In this document: piece by piece, positions 7,397-14,023 of the stretch
How positions within the stretch are numbered: the stretch's first letter is position 1
Layout: every line of letters begins with the position of its first letter
Virus record (IMG/VR): IMGVR_UViG_3300006409_000029
Source of the DNA: an uncultured virus (IMG/VR IMGVR_UViG_3300006409_000029)
Taxonomy: Duplodnaviria; Heunggongvirae; Uroviricota; Caudoviricetes
Direction: 5' to 3' (one strand)
DNA: 20,000 nt
The notes under the pieces: generated by a model
The model's database searches: none
Told to the model about the DNA's origin: nothing
Seen by the model: the letters and a program-made list of their open reading frames with translations, nothing else
Position numbers and translations under genes: made by a program

Positions 7397-8125
7397 ATGG
7401 AGAAAAATTTGACGAAAGAGATAATCGCTGAGATGCTGGTGGAGCCGGTACCTCATAGCTTTTTGGACTCCGGCTATGCTTACGGCTACAATCACGAAAG
7501 AAACCTGTTTCGTGAATTTGAGAAAGAGCCAGAGGTCAAGCTAGAGGTCTGGGAAGATGAGTTCATTGCGCGGGTGCCGCTATATCACTTTCTGACCGCT
7601 AACCTGGAGTATGACCGGTTAGCGGACGAGTTGACCGCCGATTTGTGGCGGTTCGCCGAGGAGGATAACTGGAGCCGAGAGCCGTGGCATATCGTGATTG
7701 AAGAATGGGCCGCCGCGCGGGGCCACGGCCTACTCCGAGGGGGAAACACCTACAACTTTGATTGTGTACTAGACCAGGATTTTACGTGGTACGAGTTATT
7801 TCCGGATGAGCCGGATGCCCTGGACGCGTTTGAGGCAGAGTACCTAATTATCCGGGTCCACGGCGGATGCGATATTCGCGGTGGGTATACAGCGCCGCGG
7901 ATATTCCGGGTCTATGATTTGTATGAGTTCTTTGCGGGAATGGTAGACCTGGGGGCCATTTGCCAATGCAGCCAGTTTTTTAGTGATGATGCGGGATGGC
8001 ACTGGTACCCCAACGCCACGACGGAGGACAAAAAGCCGTCCTGGAGGCTTGACCCGGACAATCAGAAAGTTTTTTGCCGCAAGTGCAACGGGGAGGTGAC
8101 GTTTGGAGCATATTTGAGCTATTAG
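7397..8125 (+). CDS. Acidic phage hypothetical protein
   Basis: AGGAGGTG RBS; LDSG..YG, NTYN and HGGCDIRGGYT motifs that I recall from uncharacterised viral proteins; C-terminal Cys pairs. Confidence 0.8.
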   Translation: MEKNLTKEIIAEMLVEPVPHSFLDSGYAYGYNHERNLFREFEKEPEVKLEVWEDEFIARVPLYHFLTANLEYDRLADELTADLWRFAEEDNWSREPWHIVIEEWAAARGHGLLRGGNTYNFDCVLDQDFTWYELFPDEPDALDAFEAEYLIIRVHGGCDIRGGYTAPRIFRVYDLYEFFAGMVDLGAICQCSQFFSDDAGWHWYPNATTEDKKPSWRLDPDNQKVFCRKCNGEVTFGAYLSY

Positions 8126-8133
8126 TCACATTT

Positions 8134-8150
8134 AGTCGCATAATGTTACA
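8134..8150. promoter_or_regulatory. Operator-like site AGTCGCATAATGTTACA
   Basis: Consensus match just after a stop codon; a half copy AGTCACAT overlaps the stop. Confidence 0.72.
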
Positions 8151-8169
8151 CGCTGGCAACCCAGATGCA

Positions 8170-8303
8170 GGCGCGGCTTGCCCCGCGCCGCCAGGGGGGA
8201 GCGCGGCGCTCCCCTGGCGGGGCCGGGCAAGCGGCATAGCGCCGAGGGGTAGTATCCGCGTCGGGCCGCCGCCCGGCCCCGGCGGCCCGACTAGATAACT
8301 AGA
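8170..8303 (+). repeat. Intergenic two-hairpin element, copy B
   Basis: Same architecture as copy A; ends GGCGGCCCGACTAGATAACTAGA. Confidence 0.88.
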
Positions 8304-8323
8304 CCATGAAAGGAGGTGAGGGT

Positions 8324-8614
8324 ATGGACAAGCTGGATAACAAACTAGAGCTGAGTTTTAAGGATGACGCCGAGTATTTGGCGGCAATCCTTAAGGATGC
8401 GGGGGTGCCCGTTGAGGTCGAAGGCAGCAAGGTGGTCTTCCCATCGGCCCAGGCGTTGGAAGACTACCTAGAGTTTTGTACAACTATGGGCATAGACGCC
8501 TATAGTTATGAGTTCCTCTATGACAATGTGGAAGGCTGCTATACTTGCCCGCTGGAAAATAATTGTCCGGTAGACCTCTACGGGCCAGGTTTCTGCCCGT
8601 TTGAGGTTGGATAA
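8324..8614 (+). CDS. Acidic hypothetical protein with C-terminal Cys cluster
   Basis: AAGGAGGTG RBS; CYTCPLENNCP..FCPF. Confidence 0.75.
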   Translation: MDKLDNKLELSFKDDAEYLAAILKDAGVPVEVEGSKVVFPSAQALEDYLEFCTTMGIDAYSYEFLYDNVEGCYTCPLENNCPVDLYGPGFCPFEVG

Positions 8615-8635
8615 AAACCAAAAGGAGGTGGAAAG

Positions 8636-9091
8636 ATGAATAATAGAATTGAGATTCCCGACTCACTGGGTATCAGCCTGGAGGCTGATGGCGCCGACCT
8701 GGACATTTTATTTGACTTTGGCCCCTGGGTTGGGGTTAGAATAATCTCAAATCCAGACGCCACTGTAGTTCATGACTACGGCTGGCGCGACGGGCCGGAG
8801 GAGATTATTGTATACCCCTCCCTGGAGGAGGCAATCGCCGAAGAGATAGACGTTTTCGCGGAGAGCTGGCCGTTGGAAGACTGGCCGGAGACGCCGCGAG
8901 AATACGTTGACCTCCTGCTGGATTACATCAAGGAGCTAACGCAACGCGGCTGTGTGGACGGCCTCGGCCAGGAACGCGGCGGCGCCTTGTCTGAGGAAGC
9001 AGCGAATGAGCTGCTCAAGGCGCTGGACTACGACGCGCTCATAGAATGCGTTAGCTCCTGGCCCTACTATCAGGGAAAGGAGGCAAAGTGA
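8636..9091 (+). CDS. Highly acidic hypothetical protein
   Basis: AGGAGGTG RBS; D/E-rich helical sequence. Confidence 0.78.
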   Translation: MNNRIEIPDSLGISLEADGADLDILFDFGPWVGVRIISNPDATVVHDYGWRDGPEEIIVYPSLEEAIAEEIDVFAESWPLEDWPETPREYVDLLLDYIKELTQRGCVDGLGQERGGALSEEAANELLKALDYDALIECVSSWPYYQGKEAK

Positions 9092-9294
9092 ACAAACTAT
9101 ACTTAAGGCTCGCCACCCTCACCTACCGCGCCGGCAGCCGTCTCCTGGAGATTGGCTATCGCCACTTAGACCGACGGTGGAGCGGCCCGGCGCGGCGGGC
9201 GGGAGTGTGGCTCCTCCATAAGCAGCATGTGCCACTGGCGCTAGTGAAAGCGCCGGTGGCGTGGATAGAGGGAAGGTGGGAGGCTGTAACATAA
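9088..9294 (+). CDS. Basic hypothetical protein
   Basis: AAGGAGG RBS, GTGA overlap. Confidence 0.65.
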   Translation: MNKLYLRLATLTYRAGSRLLEIGYRHLDRRWSGPARRAGVWLLHKQHVPLALVKAPVAWIEGRWEAVT

Positions 9295-9301
9295 TGAGAC
9301 A
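9285..9301. promoter_or_regulatory. Operator-like site TGTAACATAATGAGACA
   Basis: Consensus match; the central TAA is the upstream stop codon. Confidence 0.75.
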
Positions 9302-9305
9302 GCCA

Positions 9306-9443
9306 GGCGGCGGCTTGCCCGCCGCCGCCAGGGGGGAAGGCGCTTCCCTCCTGGCGGGGCCGGGCAAGCTATTAGCCGCCGTTGGCCCGCCACCCGGCCT
9401 TGCCCTGTGAGCATGGGGCAAGCGGGCCAACTAGATAACTAGA
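9306..9443 (+). repeat. Intergenic two-hairpin element, copy C
   Basis: Second stem GTTGGCCCGC/GCGGGCCAAC has compensatory changes relative to copies B and D; followed by TAGATAACTAGA. Confidence 0.88.
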
Positions 9444-9466
9444 TAACCAGAAAGGAGGTGAGGCGA

Positions 9467-9637
9467 ATGGGATGGACATTTTGCCCCCCACAGCCTGGAG
9501 TGCAGCACAAAAAGGAAACGGTGTGCTGTGACTTTTGCGGGCGTTGCCCGCGCTGCTCACCCACGCCGATGGAGGCAGTCTCGGTGCGCGGGCTGGCGGA
9601 TGTACCGTTTACGATGCTGGCCGCTTTGACCAACTAG
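9467..9637 (+). CDS. 56-aa Cys-rich peptide (CCDFCGRCPRC)
   Basis: AAGGAGGTG RBS; translated by hand; not in the ORF track. Confidence 0.6.
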   Translation: MGWTFCPPQPGVQHKKETVCCDFCGRCPRCSPTPMEAVSVRGLADVPFTMLAALTN

Positions 9638-9685
9638 ATTAGTCAATTGACCAAAATTGTTGATATGAGAAAGGAGGTGAAAGAG

Positions 9686-10270
9686 ATGCCCGGCAATATC
9701 ACCAGCGCGGAGTGGGAGGCCCTCCCGGAGCAGGCCAGGCGAATGATTGCCGACGGCTTTGTAAAGCCGGAGACAATCATAGAAGCCTGGCGGCGAAAGT
9801 GGGAGCGAGAGGGGCCGCCACCCGGCTTCATGCTTAACCTGGACGGGCGTCTGGAGAAAGCGCCCGCCTACCGGCCCAACCCGGCGACAATTGGCCTACT
9901 AGAGCTGAGCCGGCGGGATGCCCCAGGCGTCAGCCGGCCCCTGCCTCCCGCTCCCACGCCCAAAGCCTCCCCCAGGCCCTCCCGGCGTGGCCCTGGCGCT
10001 GATGGCGACATTTGGCATATCTGCAAGCGCGGCGAGTCTCACCCCTACGCCGGGGCCAGGGTCAGGGTGAGGTGGCTGAGAAGTTGGGGCAAAAAGGGCC
10101 CAGGCTTTGAGGCTGAGGGGGAGTTGGTCATGACGTTCGCAAAGGCCCGGCCCGGCGGGCGGGCTACGCTAATCGGACAAATCCGATTATCCGATGGGAA
10201 GTTGCTCGCTTGCCCCTGGAGCCGGCGGTATCTGAAGGTAGAGATTCTGAAAGGAGGTGAAAGAAGATGA
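9686..10270 (+). CDS. Hypothetical protein with Pro-rich linker and beta-rich C-terminal domain
   Basis: AAGGAGGTG RBS before ATG 9686. Confidence 0.7.
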   Translation: MPGNITSAEWEALPEQARRMIADGFVKPETIIEAWRRKWEREGPPPGFMLNLDGRLEKAPAYRPNPATIGLLELSRRDAPGVSRPLPPAPTPKASPRPSRRGPGADGDIWHICKRGESHPYAGARVRVRWLRSWGKKGPGFEAEGELVMTFAKARPGGRATLIGQIRLSDGKLLACPWSRRYLKVEILKGGERR

Positions 10271-10446
10271 CCAGAAAGGATTACATACTTCTGGCGGGGG
10301 CAATCCGCCGGGCGCGGCTGTGCCCGGATTGCATGAAGAGAATCGTGGACGAGATAGGCTGTGTTCTGGCGGAGGATAATTGGCGGTTTGATTGGCACCG
10401 CTGGCTAGTCGCCTGTTATCCGCCGGAAGACGACGAAGAAGAGTAA
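10267..10446 (+). CDS. 59-aa conserved phage hypothetical protein (MTRKDY..DNxRFD..AC type)
   Basis: AAGGAGGTG RBS; MTRKDYILLAGAIRRARLCPDCMKRIVDEIGCVLAEDNWRFDWHRWLVACYPPEDDEEE; not in the ORF track. Confidence 0.8.
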   Translation: MTRKDYILLAGAIRRARLCPDCMKRIVDEIGCVLAEDNWRFDWHRWLVACYPPEDDEEE

Positions 10447-10458
10447 TATAATGAGACA
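10442..10458. promoter_or_regulatory. Operator-like site AGTAATATAATGAGACA
   Basis: One mismatch to consensus; overlaps the upstream TAA stop. Confidence 0.68.
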
Positions 10459-10476
10459 GTTGTTGGCTCAAGACCA

Positions 10477-10592
10477 GGCGCGGGCGGCTTGCCCCGCGCC
10501 GCCAGGGGAGACGTGGCGCTCCCCTGGCGGGGCCGGGCAAGCTATGGCGTCCGCGTCGGGCCGCCGCCCGGCCCCGGCGGCCCGACTAGATA
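10477..10592 (+). repeat. Intergenic two-hairpin element, copy D
   Basis: Near-identical to copy B; 10550-10592 is identical to 8255-8297 (43 bp). Confidence 0.9.
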
Positions 10593-10614
10593 GCCAGAAA
10601 GGAGGTGAGGCAAG

Positions 10615-11007
10615 ATGAGAAAACTGCCCAACGGAGTGATAATCTTTAACTCCACCCCCCACCCGGTGCGCTTCTGGGAGCCGGGGTGGGAGGCCCCTAT
10701 CGAGGTACCACCCGACGAAGTGATAAACGCTAAGATTAGCGAGGTGGTAGTGGAGGAAAAGCACTTGCCCGGCGGGACGGTGATAACGTTCGTCACCCCA
10801 TCCTTTGTCCCCACCGTCGAGGGGCTGAGGGTTATCAACCGGGCCCTCCTGGATGGCGCCGACGTGATAGTCGGCAGCCTCCTGGCGGCCCAGGCATACC
10901 CCGGCCAGGTGGCGGCAATGGTGCCGGCGGCGGGATACGAGAGGGTTCCACCGGAGGAGAAAAGGATGAGGCCGGACAAGTTCACGGTTTTTGAAGAAAG
11001 GAGGTAA
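10615..11007 (+). CDS. Phage hypothetical protein (N-x-T-P-H type)
   Basis: AAGGAGGTG RBS; IFNSTPHPVRF..IVGS pattern familiar from phage proteins. Confidence 0.78.
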   Translation: MRKLPNGVIIFNSTPHPVRFWEPGWEAPIEVPPDEVINAKISEVVVEEKHLPGGTVITFVTPSFVPTVEGLRVINRALLDGADVIVGSLLAAQAYPGQVAAMVPAAGYERVPPEEKRMRPDKFTVFEERR

Positions 11008-11008
11008 G

Positions 11009-11329
11009 ATGGGTAAGATACGATTAGGCCCGACCCAACGGGCCATAGTTGAATATCTTTTGAAGATGGGCGGCGCGGCCTCCTCCTGGCGGATAGCTGT
11101 AGAGGTGTGCGGCGGCTTTCCTACTGTCAGCCAGCCGGCTCTGTGGAGGCTCGTAGAGCGAGGACTAGTCAAACACGTGGAGAGTGGACGCGTGTTTGAC
11201 GGCGAAAGCCTCACCCCGGAGGAGGAAGTGAGACTGAAAACCGCCCAGGCGAGACAACCCCGCGCTTACACGTTTTGGGTGTTGGCCGACAAGCTGGTCA
11301 ACGCCCTGGAGAGGGGCGGGGAGAGGTAG
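11009..11329 (+). CDS. Winged helix-turn-helix DNA-binding protein
   Basis: LGPTQRAIVEYL....ASSWRIA....TVSQPALWRLVERGLV pattern; AAGGAGG RBS. Confidence 0.7.
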   Translation: MGKIRLGPTQRAIVEYLLKMGGAASSWRIAVEVCGGFPTVSQPALWRLVERGLVKHVESGRVFDGESLTPEEEVRLKTAQARQPRAYTFWVLADKLVNALERGGER

Positions 11330-11344
11330 TCACATAATGTTACA
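11328..11344. promoter_or_regulatory. Operator-like site AGTCACATAATGTTACA
   Basis: Consensus match overlapping the TAG stop. Confidence 0.75.
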
Positions 11345-11347
11345 CGC

Positions 11348-11385
11348 TTCCCCCTCTGGGCGGTACATGCCGCCTGGAGGGGGAA
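11348..11385 (+). other. 16-bp stem-loop directly before an RBS
   Basis: TTCCCCCTCTGGGCGG-tacatg-CCGCCTGGAGGGGGAA, with two G-T(U) pairs. Confidence 0.7.
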
Positions 11386-11399
11386 AAGGAGGTGTTCAA

Positions 11400-11642
11400 A
11401 TGAAAAAAGATGCATATGCGGAGTTTCAATGTCTTCTGGTAAACGACGCGCTGCGAATCTACGGCCTCCCCAAAATGGCGAGGCTGGAGGGTTCCAGCGT
11501 GGTCATTACGCTCCCGAAAGACGAGAATGTCTTGCAAGCTCTAGCGTATGCCGTGGATGCTCTGAATAATATGAGCACTGACGGCTATTTAGAATACGAA
11601 GAGGGCCCGGAGAGTATTACTATCTCCCGGCTCGTTGACTGA
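11400..11642 (+). CDS. Hypothetical protein
   Basis: AAGGAGGTG RBS before ATG 11400. Confidence 0.72.
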   Translation: MKKDAYAEFQCLLVNDALRIYGLPKMARLEGSSVVITLPKDENVLQALAYAVDALNNMSTDGYLEYEEGPESITISRLVD

Positions 11643-11697
11643 GCGGCCCTTTGTCCCGTGGGATAGCAAACCATTCCACGGGACAGGCCGCTTTTTT
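11642..11697 (+). terminator. Rho-independent terminator-like long hairpin with T6
   Basis: GCGGCC..TGTCCCGTGG/CCACGGGACAGGCCGC followed by TTTTTT. Confidence 0.75.
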
Positions 11698-11704
11698 ATT
11701 CGCC

Positions 11705-11754
11705 GTCGGGCCGCTGACTACCCTAACTATCGGCGGCCCGACTAGACTACTAGA
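11705..11754 (+). repeat. Second-hairpin plus ACTAGA module only (copy F)
   Basis: GTCGGGCCGCTGA..TCGGCGGCCCGACTAGACTACTAGA. Confidence 0.85.
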
Positions 11755-11767
11755 CCGGAGGTGGAGA

Positions 11768-12130
11768 ATGGAAGAGAGAAAGATACACCTATCGAATTAC
11801 GCCGTCAGTATGATTTTCCCCGATGCCTTAGAGGTGGCCTACACCTACGAGGATAGGGATATTTATTTCTTCGAGGAGGCAGCGGAGAAAGCATACCTAT
11901 TGCTAGAACGCTGCAAGGACATCGTGGTCATTGACACCGGGGACTATATCATTCCCCCCTGTGACCACTTTGAATGCGAGACCTACGACGCCAATTACCA
12001 TATCTACTTAGTCTCCCTGGCCGAGTGGGAGGAAAAGAAGGTAGACGCATTCAGGGTGGACAGCGCATGGAGACAGCGGGCGAATCGCTGCATGAAAGTG
12101 CCAGATGACACTTCTGACAGCCACACTTGA
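11768..12130 (+). CDS. Acidic hypothetical protein
   Basis: GGAGGTG RBS before ATG 11768. Confidence 0.72.
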   Translation: MEERKIHLSNYAVSMIFPDALEVAYTYEDRDIYFFEEAAEKAYLLLERCKDIVVIDTGDYIIPPCDHFECETYDANYHIYLVSLAEWEEKKVDAFRVDSAWRQRANRCMKVPDDTSDSHT

Positions 12131-12155
12131 CAAGTGTGGTTGATTGTGCTATAAT
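12127..12155 (+). promoter_or_regulatory. Sigma70-type promoter of the replication module
   Basis: TTGACA-17 bp-TATAAT with TG extension; the -35 is centred in the palindrome CCACACTTG-A-CAAGTGTGG. Confidence 0.87.
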
Positions 12156-12202
12156 TAGGTATAACTTGCTATACTAACTATAAGGACTATAAGGAGGAGA
12201 AT

Positions 12203-12469
12203 ATGGCGCAACCTAGACTCTGGGTGGGCGACATCCGGTGGGACGACGCCGCCCAGACGGAATACAATAGACTTATAGCGGAGGGGTTGACGGCCCGCGA
12301 AGCCTTAGAGAGAGTGGCGTCCTCGCCCACAGATGCCCCGCCGCCAATGGAGATTGTAATTAAGCGGGGCAAGGGCTGGGGATGCCTCTGGTTTTGGGTG
12401 GGCCTTGTGGTGGGCCTCAGCCTTTTTCCGATTTTAGCAGCCATATTGCTATGGATGGGGAGCTATTGA
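12203..12469 (+). CDS. Hypothetical protein with C-terminal transmembrane helix
   Basis: AAGGAGGAG RBS; hydrophobic C-terminus. Confidence 0.72.
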   Translation: MAQPRLWVGDIRWDDAAQTEYNRLIAEGLTAREALERVASSPTDAPPPMEIVIKRGKGWGCLWFWVGLVVGLSLFPILAAILLWMGSY

Positions 12470-12915
12470 CGACTACGACTGAATATCCAAGGGCATACAT
12501 AATCTATAGAACAAGCGCCGCCCTGGAGTTTATACCGGGGAAGGATTGCCTTTTCCTCAAGTTTGCGAAGGCCCTCCCCGGAGTCAAGGGGCGGCCAAAG
12601 AAGGGGCAGAGGCGCTACAACTGGGATGAATTTATTATCTTTGCCCTCAACATCCATGAGATGAATTTCATTGCTCTCCTGGCCCGCCGGATACTGGCCG
12701 GGCGGGAGGTCAATGAAAGCCTCTACCACGAGAAAGCGGGCGTGGCCCGCGTGCTCAGGCTTCAAAGCGGAGGAGAGGGGGCAAAGGCCCCGGCCTTCCT
12801 GAGCTTGAGCTTTGAGGGCGAGAGAATCGTCGTGGCGCTTTCGGGCCCCGATTTATTTTTTATGTCTTCGGTTTTCCCGCAGCTCAGCGCCAGGCTGCTC
12901 AACTGGCCCCTTTAG
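12466..12915 (+). CDS. Whirly-like single-stranded DNA-binding protein
   Basis: Collinear resemblance to the plant Whirly domain (see findings); TTG start overlaps the upstream TGA, with ATG 12451 as an alternative start. Confidence 0.65.
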   Translation: MTTTTEYPRAYIIYRTSAALEFIPGKDCLFLKFAKALPGVKGRPKKGQRRYNWDEFIIFALNIHEMNFIALLARRILAGREVNESLYHEKAGVARVLRLQSGGEGAKAPAFLSLSFEGERIVVALSGPDLFFMSSVFPQLSARLLNWPL

Positions 12916-12939
12916 ACCCTGACTAGAAAAGGAGACCTC

Positions 12940-13728
12940 ATGACGACGAAGAGCGCTTTGATAAAATTGGCCGAGGCCATCGAGAAGATGGCGCCTCCAG
13001 CGCCGGATATGAACAAACTGGAGCTTCTCCAACGGGAGGAATCCCGCCTGGAGAATGCCCTCGACGCGCTGGAGATGTCCATGCTGGAGGCACAGCTCGC
13101 TGTCTACCGTATCCGCAAGTATGAGCTGTGGCGGGCCGCCACCGGCCCCGATGGGTATGGATACGCCACTTTAGATGAATACTATGAACACCGATGGAAA
13201 CCGCGTTTGTCACGAACGCGGTTCTTTGCTTTGGGGAGCACCCTCCTCCGATTGGAAAGCCTCGGTATCCCGCCGGAGGAACAGGAGGTCTCCCCGGCTC
13301 TCGCCCATAAATTCACGGTGGAGATGGGCAAGTGGGATTATAAATCTCAAGAGCTGGTCGAACCATGCTCCGGCCTGCTCAAACTCTCCGAGGACTTGAA
13401 CAGGCCCGTCGAGGAGGTGGCGAGGGAACTCTATGTGAGAGCGGCTGATGTGGCAAAGGAATATGGGGCCCGCGAGGCCCTCCTGATGCTGAAAGAGACG
13501 CTAGGAAAGCCCATCCTGCAATTCACTAAGCTCAGCGAGGACGATGAGCCGCTCCTCGTCGAGATTTACTACACCAAACTAGAGGAAGAGACCTTAGAGG
13601 ATGGGCGCGTGGAGCCCATCCTGAAGCCATATCGCTATTATCTCAGGAGCGATGAGCCGCTGCCCTTCGACCTGCTCAAGCAGTTGGCTCAGAAGCTCTA
13701 CTGGAGGGAGGAACCGCGCAAATGGTAG
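12940..13728 (+). CDS. Hypothetical protein with coiled coil and HTH-like segment
   Basis: AAGGAG RBS; LW...GYATLDEY....LSRTR pattern. Confidence 0.75.
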   Translation: MTTKSALIKLAEAIEKMAPPAPDMNKLELLQREESRLENALDALEMSMLEAQLAVYRIRKYELWRAATGPDGYGYATLDEYYEHRWKPRLSRTRFFALGSTLLRLESLGIPPEEQEVSPALAHKFTVEMGKWDYKSQELVEPCSGLLKLSEDLNRPVEEVARELYVRAADVAKEYGAREALLMLKETLGKPILQFTKLSEDDEPLLVEIYYTKLEEETLEDGRVEPILKPYRYYLRSDEPLPFDLLKQLAQKLYWREEPRKW

Positions 13729-13997
13729 AGGAAGATGTCTATAGACGAGAGTGTCAGATGCTCGACCTCAAGGAGGCAAACGGGAGGTACTACTTCCGCT
13801 TCGGCAGTGGGGAGGATTTCGCCGAGAAGCTGAGCCGCCTCAAGGAGCTTTTCGATTACCGGGAGCGCACCTGGAATCCTGAGACCAAGGAGTGGAGCGT
13901 CCCGGCCACCATCTCCTCCGAGAGGCGGCTGGAGAAAGTCTTTCCTAACGCCGCCAGATGCTTCCTGATTTTGAAAAGCCAGCTTAGACTATTTTAG
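13722..13997 (+). CDS. Small HARP-like domain protein
   Basis: RTWNPETKEWSVP motif; located in the replication module. Confidence 0.55.
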   Translation: MVEEDVYRRECQMLDLKEANGRYYFRFGSGEDFAEKLSRLKELFDYRERTWNPETKEWSVPATISSERRLEKVFPNAARCFLILKSQLRLF

Positions 13998-14023
13998 ATT
14001 AGACTATAAAGATAGGAGGAAAA

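Noticed and set aside
8170..8232. HDV-like (theta) or pistol ribozyme
   Set aside because: I could not place the nested P3/P1.1 and catalytic C of HDV-like ribozymes or the A-rich linker of pistol; only a generic pseudoknot possibility remains
8260..8295. REP/RAYT or Helitron-like end (hairpin plus CTAG)
   Set aside because: No HUH transposase in the window, no GTAG foot, and copies are confined to one operon in one orientation; cannot be fully excluded
7261..10592. Integron attC sites
   Set aside because: Only copy A has RYYYAAC (GCCTAAC over a stop), no copy ends in a proper GTTRRRY at the canonical spacing, and no integrase is in the window
6100..11770. CRISPR array
   Set aside because: The intervals between repeats are long, variable and protein-coding; no cas genes
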